From positions 34,162,001 to 34,226,000 of the forward strand of contig OZ076418.1 of the NCBI GenBank assembly GCA_964187785.1: 64,000 nt of DNA, read 5' to 3'. Within the stretch, counting starts at the first letter, position 1. Every line of letters starts with the position of its first letter. The notes below the pieces were generated by a model. The model did not search any database, was not told the DNA's origin, and worked only from the letters and a program-made list of their open reading frames with translations. Position numbers and translations under genes: made by a program. The DNA is from Amphiscolops sp. MND2022. Lineage: Eukaryota. Below, in pieces: positions 10,167 through 21,123 of the stretch.

Positions 10167-10399
10167 AGAAAACATCTCAACATAAAGGATTATATTTGAC
10201 TATATCATTGAAAAAGTCTTCAAATATAGTACATTTCAAGAACTTGGATCAATTAGAGCGTGAAAAATCTGAAATGAACATTGGAAAATCGTGAAACATT
10301 CGAAAAGAAAGATTGCAAGCATGAAAAAAGGAAACGTTGTAGTGATGATTTTGCGGCTGCTTTTTAAATTCAAAGATAAAAATCCAAACTGTTCTTTGC

Positions 10400-10918
10400 G
10401 TGGAATATCTTATGCAACAATATTTGGAAATTTTTCAAGGCAAATTCAAGGAACCTGAACCCAAAAATGCAACAAGCGTGGTCCAAAAACAACTAAAAAT
10501 AGCAGGGAATTGCGCAAAATTATCCGACGTTTGCGATTTAGACCTCTCAGAACACTCTCAAATGTTTGAAATTGGAAAAAAACATCAAAAGGTTGAGTGT
10601 CCTTCCACAGAATTTTGAAAAATCAAGGTTTCTAGAGACTACTAGCCATTCAAGACGATCTTACAAATTTGCAAAAAAGAGTCGGCTGGGCAAAAAAGCA
10701 TATATTTCAAGACTGCATGCGGCCTATTTGTTCGGACGAGTGTGGCTTCCAGCTTCGAAAGACATCACAAAAGACGAAACTTTACCTTTGCAGACAAAAT
10801 GGGCAAGTTGAAAGCAGGAAAAATGCAATAAAAAATCCGAGAGTTCATATTCAAGGTTCAATGACAACCTGGGGTTGCCTTTCTCATTGGGGTTTCGGGT
10901 GTTTAAAACGTTTCGAAG
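10400..10918 (+). pseudogene. Tc1/mariner transposase, N-terminal half
   Basis: KRVGWAKKH, ICSDECGFQL (first catalytic D at 10735) and GSMTTWGCLSHWGFGCLKRFE match the Tc1 consensus RLxFAKxH / FSDESKF / GSVMVWGCFS..G.G.L. Confidence 0.8.
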
Positions 10919-13337
10919 TGTGGTAATCGGCTTCCTATCTGTTTTCGTTTATTAGAATTGTATCGTCTAAGGTCGCGTTTGCAACTCCAAAAGGAGTTGA
11001 TGGCTGTCTTAATTCATGCTTTTTTGAGGACTGAAAGCGATTATCTTGATTTCTTTTTTTATCGGTTTCATTGTTTGATGCGTGTTTTTTCCTGAGGTAT
11101 CTATTTTCTGAATTTGAAGTGCTAGGCCTATTGTCCTCGGCATCCTCTTCTTCATCAACTAAATTGATTTCTTTGTTTGTTCTGATTTCTTTGAGTATTT
11201 GTTCAAATTTGCTATTCAGTTGTTGCTCAATTTGTGTCATTTTGTGGTTATTTTGTTCGGACAATCTCTGGGTTATTGCGTCTATCTAATTACTGATTTT
11301 TGAAGGTTCTGTCAGTTTGCTACCTGGGTTCCTGTTAAAAATGGTATTATCATTTTCAGAAACATCAACTAAAGTCGCAATACCTTGAGTGAAGTTTGTT
11401 TCTGAGATATTTTCGTCTCTGTCTGATGACTGAGATTCTACTCTCCTTGAACGTCTATTTCTCTTGTTTCCCATGATGAAAACAATGTTAGGCGTGATAA
11501 TCTTTGAAATACAAAGATGTTTGGGTGAAATGGGGAACCATGGAAGTTATCTTTACAGAGAAAGGAAGGAAATTGAGTGACTGCGCTATATGTGTGAATT
11601 TTGTTGAATGATCGTTGTAAAAATGATTTCCTGAGGATCTCTCTTCAAATGATTCCATTGGGTGATGTTTTTAGTAGCATGACCGTCAATTTTATGCAAA
11701 TCATCATAACGTCATGTTTCGAGGGTCAGAAGTAAAAAAAACATTACATCACATCCCTAGAAGATCTAACTAAATATACCACTGTAGTAGCAGTAGATTA
11801 ACACGAAATTTTATACAGATTATGCTGATTGTTATCATATTCCGCATATACTGCCTTGTGAAAACCACATATTGCAGTACAAAGTACTAGCGCCACTACG
11901 CATATGTCCTTTATGCTGTTTCCACTTTTAATTGTCATGCTGTTTTTCTGAAGTTTCCGCATAAACCATATTATGTGAGCGCCAGAATGAATGATCATTA
12001 TGCAGATTTTGATTAAAATCATCATGCTGTCCTTAAAAAGAATCATCATGCTGTTTCTGAATAAAATCGTCATGCTGTTTCTAAATGAAATCATCTTGCT
12101 GTTTCTAAATAAAATCATCATGCTGTTTTAAATTAGGGTCATCATGCTGCATTTGAAGGATTCCCGCATACTATGACACGAAGTGTACGCATGAGCGTAT
12201 GTGTAGGCGTTATGCTGTTTTTAGTCGGCGCCTTTTCCCTTAAGGAAAAAAGCCCGACTCTTACAGTGAGTAGTTTTTTTTTTGTTTTTTTTCAGTTGAC
12301 AATCTCACTCTGAGTGGTCCACTTTTCTTACAATTTGTTCATCTTCCATATTTGTTCATCTTCCATCTTCGACCCAGCCGGAGAGCGTGGGTTCGATTCT
12401 CGCACTAAACCATAAATTTCTTAATGCTTCCAAAAGTACAGGTGAGACCAAAGGCCCCTTTGGGTTTTGTTTTCGGCACTATGCGACTTTTTTTCGAAAA
12501 TTTTCGAAATTTATCAAAGGGTACATCTTGCATTTTTTTGAAGTTTTCGGTTTGTAGAAAACGTTGAATAAGCCTGAATGGCCTCTTTTTGAGTTTTTCG
12601 GCATTGTGCGACTTGAAAAATACTTTTTTCGAAAAAAATTTCAAAAATAATTTTTTTGAAAAAAAAATATTTTTTTTTCCAAATTTTTCCAATAGTTGTT
12701 CCTTGAATATTTTTGAGCCTAAGATATGGCGCCGACTTGGGACGTTCCCGTCTTGTTCTATTAAACCGTATATGCTGTTTTATACAAACAGCATGATGCA
12801 GTATAAATTGTAAGCACAAGGTGTATGATTTTATTATGCTGCATCCTAAGTGTATCATCATACTGTTTCTAAGTGTTTTCCTCATAAATGCGGTGTATGT
12901 ACTCTGGTATTACAAGGGAATACAAATACATTAAATATGGCCTTATATCGCTAATTTGAGGAATAAAACAGGGATTGGGTTCATTTCAAACAACAGTCAA
13001 GTTGTTCTTTTACTGTTTTTATTTGATTCACGCACTTTTCTTCCCTTTTGTGGTTATTCATCAACAAGGTAAGCAACAAAGTGAACACAACAGGAACATC
13101 AACATTTACAGGTGTTATCCAAATCAACGGGCTACAATAAAAACAAGGAATACAATATCCAATTGAACACTTATTTAAACGAACATGAAAGTTTGTGAGA
13201 AGTTTGAGAATTCACCATCATTAGGACATGATTGTTAGCTTCTGTTTACTCCTGGGTCTTTTCACGACTAGGCGCAGGAAGTTGGTCTGCTCACCTGTGC
13301 TGCACTCCGGACATCTCGCAAGGGTAGCTTGCCGACA
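10919..13337 (-). repeat. 3' LTR of element A (with a ~530-bp nested insertion)
   Basis: Colinear with 26879-28750. I counted 19 mismatches in the first 240 bp (~92% identity). Confidence 0.92.
12223..12755 (+). mobile_element. Non-autonomous Helentron-associated (HINE/DINE-1-like) element inserted in the 3' LTR
   Basis: Absent from the 5' LTR. A 10-bp inverted repeat AGTCGGCGCC sits at the left end (12223-12232) and subterminally (12728-12737), followed by a GGGA-cgt-TCCC hairpin. It is inserted in a T-run with no TSD. Confidence 0.55.
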
Positions 13338-14312
13338 GTCCAGCATTTTTGAAGCAGATCAATGCTGCGCCAAATCCATCTATAAATGCACGAGATCTCA
13401 CACGGATTGTTTGGTCAGGGTACTCCGACCAGGCTACATAGTGGGTTAGGGTCTCTACAGCTATCTGGTCGTATGTCTTTTGCATCCAGAACAGTAGCCA
13501 GCCACCTAAGGCATTACTGAAGGGTTCATCTGAAGGATTGGTTGACCATTTGCGGGTCTATTCTGTTGAAAACTCTGTTGTCCTTGGGGCATTTGCATAC
13601 AAAAATCCATCTGGTTGAAACCACCGCTGTTCCAGCTGTATGGATAGAACAGCACCGGCAAATAGTTCGCTTGGTGAAACGGGCGATGGGCAGGTTCTTG
13701 TGGTCTTTGTGCTGTGGGCACAACCGCTGTGAAAGCACTCACGCTGCTTGGGATTTTTGGTGGGGGGTGGGTGATTGTCTCGTCCATTCTTTGTTGTCTA
13801 GGCATTGGTTGTACTCTCTGCACCAGACGTCCGTAACTATTGCTATCAGTTTGATCCATGTTTGCAAATTTTGCGCCGGAGAATGGGCCATCTTCCTCTG
13901 ATGATGATCCGATGAAAGTCAACGGTAAGATGTTGGAGATATTATCCATTAAATCCATCAACTCATTCTCAATATTTGAAGCTCTGGTGTCAATTTGTTG
14001 CCCCTCTTCAATCGGCGCCTCACCATTGTTCGGGAAGAGTACCGCTCCAATTGCCCCCAAGAAAGCTGTTGGCATATCTGACAGAGGGAATGGAGCCACT
14101 CTGAATCTTTCATCTAACTCAGCCAGTGAAAAGGGTTCTACTGCAAATTCTTCTCCTGAACTGCTTGAGATATTAATCAGGTCTGTCACGGGGCTTATTG
14201 CTATTAATTCATTTCTATTGTGGGGTTTATTTCGTGAGGTGTTTTCCATTATTGTTCGTGAAGTTCGCCGGAGTTTTATCCAAGTTGTTTTAGGAAAATC
14301 AGCAACAATCAA
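13291..14312 (-). pseudogene. Extra sense ORF of element A: low-complexity N-terminus, CxxC and helical C-terminus running into the 3' LTR
   Basis: ORF 13506-14312 continues after one TAG as GYCSGC and by frameshift into QKTYDQIAVETLTHYVAWSEYPDQTIRVRSRAFIDGFGAALICFKNAGLS. That segment crosses the LTR boundary at 13337/13338. Confidence 0.6.
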
Positions 14313-14989
14313 TTATCAAATTTACAAGATTGTAGGGAAGAATTTATCGACTGATTTTGAGAAAATTGTGATCAGAATGATGAAATTTTCAAGATTTTTA
14401 CAGGGTTATGAGTTTTATATAAATTACATCACAACATATTTCAAGTCTTCTTTTTTTCAAGTTTCACGAGTAATTTACCGGGGTATATTCAGGTAATAGC
14501 ATCATTGTAGGTCTTGATTCCAAATAAACAATCACTAATTTTGAAAATCTCCTTGCTGATTTCCTTCATGTTTCTGATATCATCTTTCCAGTTTAGGGTG
14601 ACTAATTTTAATTGCTCATAATCAAAATAAATCACGATTGTAGTTCATTCAGATTCATCATGAAAAAATTTTCGCACCTCATTGCATGAAACAGTTCTTT
14701 CGAAGTGCAATTTTCATGCGTTCATTGATTAATCCATAGTATTTGAAGAGACAGTCTTAGAGTAATTAACATCATATACTGCTCACTGAAAACATCATAA
14801 TGCATCATAGTTCTTTCTGTTATCATCATAGAATTATTATGCTGTCTTCCACTCAATTCCGCATAATCGCGTTATACAGCTTTATTAAGTTTTCAGCATA
14901 AGATATTGTATAGTTATGCTGTTCCAAGGCACTCTCAACGTCGTGTGATCAGGTATTGACGTTCTTAGTTGCGCTGAACGATTATGCTG

Positions 14990-15550
14990 TTTTCAAGATA
15001 AACCAGCATAAAATACTGCTTGTTAGTCTGCACAATTTGTTAATGTCCTAATATGGTATGTATTTGTTCAATTTGGCCAACCTGGCAGAGATGTCCAAAT
15101 TGAGTACATTCTTCTGAGCCCATCAAACTTGAGAGACGTTGAAAACGCCATTACTGACGTCATCCATTCGCTTTCTTGCCTCCATGCTAATAGCCACGCC
15201 TTCTATCGTTTTCCAATTTTCAACATTCTCTTTTTTTGAAATTTTGGATTGATTACAGTCTTCATAGTCTTTGTCGTTTCTGTAGTTTTTCAGTCAACAC
15301 TGTTTTATTCTCTCAACTTCTACTAATTTACCATACTGGTCATAAGTTTATCATTTTAAGTTTACCACTATCGACATTCTCGTTGCTTCTTTCTTCCAAA
15401 TCATCATTCCAGTTCACGTTTTCCCCCTTCTTGTTGTCTCATCCGGTTATATTTCTGTCGCTTTCTTTCGTTCATTTTATTGTGAACAAAGATGTCCAGT
15501 CACGAAGAACAACCGAAGACGTCAACACAAGGTTTTTATTTCATATTACC
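14990..15550 (-). pseudogene. Decayed charged (coiled-coil-like) reading frame in the 3' region of element A
   Basis: The minus frame reads ENVENWKTIEGVAISMEARKRMDDVSNGVFNVSQV*WAQKNVLNLDISARLAKLNKYIPY*; multiple stops and approximate bounds. Confidence 0.35.
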
Positions 15551-15899
15551 ACTCATTAAGTAATGGTAGAAAAATGTTTCAAGGTTCAGATTCATATCAA
15601 CTTTCTTTTTGAATTTTCCCGATTCAGTTGAAGAACAAATTTAGTTTTCTCAACAACTTTTCACAGGTCCATTTTCCGGTTTTCTGATCTAAGCGGTGAA
15701 CGAATTTTTTCTAGTTAACTGTAGTATTTGAAGTGGAAAGTGATCAAGTTCGCACAATTTGTCAGACAACTTCCGTTTCTGGCTAATTTTCATTCTGCAT
15801 TTCTGAATTTGTGTTCTAGTCCCATTTGATCTTCACATTTGTGACGTGGCTCAAACTCCTTCTACGGATTTGCCGCTCTTAACACCGCTCACAGCCCGT

Positions 15900-18800
15900 T
15901 ATGTCACTCTACACCAGGAAAAGATCATTCCATCGATAAAGAGACTGACACCGTTCTTGACCGTGATGGGATTAGACATTCTTTCGACACCAGCATGCCG
16001 GCATCATTGGACATGTTAACTGTGGACGAGCCTGCCAGTTTCTTTATTCCACCTGGTGATTCTACTATAGAGACCCCAGATACAACTTTCAATGTCGTGG
16101 ATAATAGCCCTTTGACTGGTGTTGTTGGCGAAGGAGAGAACGCAAGTAGTCATGAAAGTCGTGCATCCGAACCTACACCAGCTCCCGCTAGTGGAACATC
16201 GTGTAGGTCACCATTCTCTCATTATCTATTACGAAGTGGGCAAGATGAAGATCACACTGTGTAAGGCCATGATCCGCTCCCTAGGCCCCCCAGGCGCCCG
16301 CCTTGCAAGCTGATAATTTTGTTACTAGTGCCGAATTGAAAGCGTTAGAGCGACGGATGGAGGTACTAGTCAACTCCAAACTCCAACAGACCTCGACCAC
16401 TATTGTCCCTGCCACAGTCATAACTCCCTCCAATGACGGAGCGACTCTTGTTACTTCTCGACCCAGGACTGCAAGCGAGAAAAGGTCACCAATTTTGCCC
16501 ATCAAAAGACGGATATAAGCGTGTATCCCTACCACTGAAAACACCGATCTAACAGCTACCACTTCAGACGATCAAGTCATGGTTCCAAAGAGACCAAGGC
16601 CCAGAATGCAACTGTCAATCCAGATGTTCAAAAAACACCCGGGATTCAAGTTCTTCGTGACTGGGCCGGAGGACATTTACAAAAATCCCTATAAATGGCG
16701 CTGCCCAGTTTGTCAAGTAGAACTCTAACAGAAAACCAAGGGGTTACTCGAAATACTCTCACATTACCGTACTGATGCTCACCTGATCCGCGAACATCGA
16801 ATCAGACTGGAGACCCCAGGCCTCTGTTTGACCGAAATGGGCGAGAATTAACTGGATCCGCACTTGATGAGGCTAGTGAACGAGCAAAGTTAGAATTTCA
16901 AAACCAACGTTGGGTGAATGTTACTTGATTCCCGGACAAAAGGAATTACCAGTAGACACCGGGGTGTCAGATCCTTCTGCCATTACTTGCTCCCAGATGC
17001 GAATTTTATTGATGAGGCTCCAAAGTGGCGGCAGTTTGGACATTTTACTTCTTTTTGGACCAACTTGGGTATGGAAGCGCAACGGTATGCCAAAATTCCA
17101 CAGTATGATTGGAAGCAGGAACGGGTCTTCGTAAGTATTCTTTTCGTATTTTTATTTCCAGAACCTCCTATTATTACTGGACGTTGATTTGTTTTCTACA
17201 AGGAATTCTCACCTACAGGTTCCATGAGTTACTGCGATACTCGACTTCTTCCATCAGCCAAAGTGGGCATTGTTCTATGCAATTCCGTACTACCGATATT
17301 TCTTCTCAGATCAACTTAGCCTTCTGGTCAGGGAACGTGTATAACTGTCTCTGTCACGCTGAATTCCAGAACAGTCTTCTGACATCAAAAAAGGCACTCG
17401 AAATCCTTTGTTCTTTCCACGCTATACCAAGTTTCTCTCTAAAGGTCTATTCTTTACTCGGATTTGACGGACGAATTAACAAAATCTTGTTAATCGAACT
17501 AAATCAAGCGTCATCTACTTGTGTGCTTCCTACTTTTGGATACGATGAGTTATATAAAGTCCTTGCTGGGCCTTGCGTCAGAATTCTTGGTCGTTACGAT
17601 CACCAGAGCGTGTTGCAGTTTCTTCTCATGAAACTCCGTACTGCGACAGATTCAGCTTGGCTAGATAACCTTCCTGAGTTACGACAAGTAGGTTTTTTAC
17701 GCTGTAACTTTGTTCCCTTTTCAATTTGTTTCCAACTTCGGTTTTTATACTGTATTCGGAAAAGCGAATTATACAGCATAATTTTGGTCTTGAATTCTAA
17801 AATTTTGTTTGTTCTGATCATGCTGTCATCATTCCAAACTTCGCATAATTGTTTCCACATGTTGTTGTTTCTGAAACCGCATAAATCATACCTCTATGCT
17901 GTTTTCTCTTGTTAACCGCATGATTCCTTCTTTTATGCTGTTTTCTCGCGAAAACCGCATGATTCCATCTTCTATGCTGTTTTCTCTTGAAACCGCATGA
18001 TTCTTTCTTTTATGCTGTTTTCTCCTGAAAACTGCATGATTCTTTCTTTTTTACTGTTTTCTCCTGAAAACCGCATAATTCTTTCTTTTATGCCGTTTTC
18101 TCCTGAAAACCGCATGATTCTTTCTTTTATGCTGTTTTCTCTTGAAAACCGCATGATTCTTTCTTTTATGCTGTTTTCTCCTGAAAACCGCATGATTCTT
18201 TCTTTTATGCTGTTTTCTTCTGAAAACAGCATGATTCTTTCTTTCATGCTGTTTTCTTCTGAAAACCACATGATTCTTTCTCTCATGCTGTTTTCTTCTG
18301 AAAACCGCATAATTCTTTATTTTATGCTGTTTTGTTCTCAAAACCGCATGATTCTTTCTATTATGCTGCTTTTTTCTGGAAACGGATGATTCTTTCTCTT
18401 TCCTGTTTTCTTCTGAAAACCGCATGATTCTTTATTTTATGCTGTTTTCTTCTGAAAACCGCATGATTCTTTCTTTTATGCTGTTTTCTTCTGAAAACCG
18501 GATGATTCTTTCTCTTTTGCTGTTTTCTTCTGAAAACCGCATGATTCTTTCTTTTATGCTGTTTTCTCCTGAAAACCGCATAATTCTTGCTTTTATGCCG
18601 TTTTCTCCTGAAAACCGCATGATTCTTTCTTTTATGCTGTTTTCTCTTGAAAACCGCATGATTCTTTCTTTTGTGCTGTTTTCTCCTGAAAACCGCATGA
18701 TTCTTTCTTTTATGCTGTTTTCTTCTGAAAACAGCATATTTCTTTATTTTATGCTGTTTTGTTCTGAAAACCGCATGATTCTTTCTTTTATGCTGTTTTC

Positions 18801-20694
18801 TTCTGGAAACCGCATGATTCTTTCTCTTTTGCTGTTTTCTTCTGAAAACCGCATGATTCTTTATTTTATGCTGTTTTCTTCTGAAAACCGCATGATTCTT
18901 TCTTTTATGCAGTTTTCTTCTGAAAACCGGATGATTCTTTCTCTTTTGCTGTTTTCTTCTGAAAACCGAATGATTCTTTCTTTTATGCTGTTTTCTTCTG
19001 AAAACTGCAAGATTCTTTCTTTTATGCTGTTTTCTTCTGAAAACCGCATGATTCTGTTTACACCATGCTGATATCTTTGTGTTTCTGAATAGAAACTTTT
19101 CATTATCCCGTATTTGTCTAATTTCCGCATAAACTACATAATTTTTGATGTATGAGTTGAGCCGTCGTATGCTGTATCCGGAAAACCGCATATTGCATCA
19201 TGATTTTTCATTTCCATTGTGAATCGAAAGGCTATAAACCCTTCTTATTGTGTTTTCTTCGTGTTTCAGGCCATCATTCGTTTCGAGTATAGCCATCAGC
19301 AAACAATCGTCATACTGGAATAGCTCTACAAAAACTGGTTTCATGTTGTGGCACATCTCTGTTTAGCCGATCGAGTGAAAGCTTTCAAGTATCACATGAA
19401 AGAGGTTATTATCATTCTATTTCAACCTGACTTTCTACTTGTCCGTTTTTATCGAAGTTTTTTTGTGTTCCAGACTAAAAGCTTAGATGAGACGATCTTC
19501 AAAGATAAATCATATCCTGCCAAAATGTTCTTGTTCCGCAATGTGCTTCTTCATTGTTTGTTTTCTGCTATTCATCTCTTGATCTCAGTGTTTTTGGTTT
19601 TTAACTTCATTTTATTTAGACCGGTCAGCGTTTAAAGGAGTTGAAGTTAACTGTGACTGCTTCCGGCTATACAACTCGTATGCTATCTTTGTGTATAGAC
19701 AACTTCAGACTATTTTACCTGACTCATACCTGGGTGATATTTCCAATTGGGATATTTTCTTGTCGATTGATCTTTCCGCACCCGATTTGCCCTTCAAGAA
19801 TGTAACAGTCTTGGAGAATAAAGACATTGCAGATTTGATTGCTCAGAGTGACTTGCCGACCCCGACTCATTTCGTTGAGCAGGCTTTGTGTTTTTTCAAA
19901 ACTTTATGCATGTTACTTTTTAAGCATAGTATTCGAAAATCCAAATTAACCCGAGGAATGTCTATTTTTGACGAGGCGGTGATTCTTCACGAGGAGGAAG
20001 TCGATTATATACAAGAGTCAGAACAATTATGTGACTATCTTGTTCATCAAAAATGGATTTCTGATTCCACTAAATCCTTCGTCCTCAGTGAATATACCGT
20101 TTTTTTTGTTGAGAAATTTAGATCATGCGATATTAGTTGCGACACCGATTGGACATCGTTGATGTCGGGTTTTACAAACTACATTGCCGTACCAACTTGT
20201 TTATTGTCTTCAAACTGTGTTGTCTCAGCCTGTCCAATGCTCTCAATGTTCCCTCGCCTTTTGTTGTTACATTGCCCGACCTAGCTTCAGACAGGAGTGT
20301 TTTCGACTCTGCTGTTAAAAGTATACAGTCTTCTGTGCTTGGGATCCCAAATGTTTACGGACTAATTTCAAATTCTCGAACCGTGGCTCCTCATTTTGCT
20401 CTACTTGGGAAAGGCAGGAGTTTGTTGGAAGAGGAAGCTTATTCTGTCTGGGATTTCACTACAGGTTGTGTGTGCCGTCGCTGTCGGCTCAACAATCGAG
20501 TTGAATCTCGATATATTTGTACTGTGACCGGTGAGGAGAGGCTTTGGACTTCTATGGAAACTCATCCTAATCAAACTAGCTCCAGCACACTTTCGCCAAC
20601 TAGGAAGCCATCATCGGGGACTACTAAATCTCCCAAACTTCTTGCGCCTAATCCAAAGTTTGTGAAGCCTACTCTTATTCCTGTTGGTTCCTAA
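15900..20694 (+). pseudogene. Spliced antisense gene of element A: hAT-type C2H2 finger and helical C-terminus resembling a degenerate hAT transposase
   Basis: CPVC-x16-H-x5-H at 16702-16782. Exon frames are 16910/16918-17130, ~17200-17687, 19270-19404, 19474-~19542 and ~19620-20694. Introns 17688-19269 (GTAGGT...TTTCAG) and 19405-19473 (GT...TTCCAG) are both phase 0 and frame-preserving. The hAT call is a by-eye inference. Confidence 0.65.
17873..19060. repeat. 39-bp tandem array, ~30 units, each an imperfect inverted repeat
   Basis: Consensus GAAAACCGCATGATTCTTTCTTTTATGCTGTTTTCTYCT; period confirmed at 18144 and 18183; lies inside intron 17688-19269. Confidence 0.95.
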
Positions 20695-21123
20695 TCTTCT
20701 GGCAATTCATCGGGAGAAAGCACACGGTCCCTGCAGTTAGCTGTCGCAACATTGGCAGTGCCACGCTTCATTGGCGAGGTTCCAGTTTTGCCGACAAATC
20801 CTTCAAGTAAGTGCCACTAAGAAGCTTGTTGTCAAGAAGAAACAATCTCCGTAGGGCAAATAGGATTATTGTCTTTGCTTCTGACTTCTTTAGTTTGTTG
20901 TTTGTTTTCATACTCACTATGTTGATTTGTTGTTATTTATTTACTTTGATTCCAATCCAGGGCTAATCACGCCCGGTTCAGTATGTTATCTGTTTGTTCC
21001 AAAGTCATCGTTTTCGACTTTGGATGAAAGTTTGACTGTAGGAAAAGATAAAAAGAAGAAGAGAGAAAAAATACTCGAGACTGTTGTGCTCAGTGAAAGT
21101 CTTTAAGTCTCTTGAATTTGTCT

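Noticed and set aside
12370-12410. tRNA gene
   Set aside because: Only a box-B/T-arm-like motif; no cloverleaf, box A or anticodon arm.
12405-12885. K/F-rich ORFs
   Set aside because: Low-complexity A/T runs inside a non-autonomous repeat; no domain.
13542-14496. Plus-strand ORFs 13542-13901 and 13858-14496
   Set aside because: Antisense shadows of the 13506-14312 ORF with no recognisable motif.
17131-17202. Exact first intron of the antisense gene
   Set aside because: The GTAAGT donor is clear (phase 0), but neither nearby AG restores the frame, so I do not claim the junction. The same applies to the intron near 19543-19619.
17873-19060. CRISPR array
   Set aside because: The units are palindromic and regularly spaced but contiguous, with no unique spacers, no cas genes and a eukaryotic context.
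17972-19191. Long repetitive ORFs (ENRMILSFMLFSP and KRKNHAVFRRKQH types)
   Set aside because: Artefacts of a 39-bp (13-codon) stop-poor unit that is open in several frames on both strands; the array lies in an intron.
13338-21100. env gene in the extra region of element A
   Set aside because: No signal peptide, furin site or transmembrane anchor is seen in the sense-strand ORFs.
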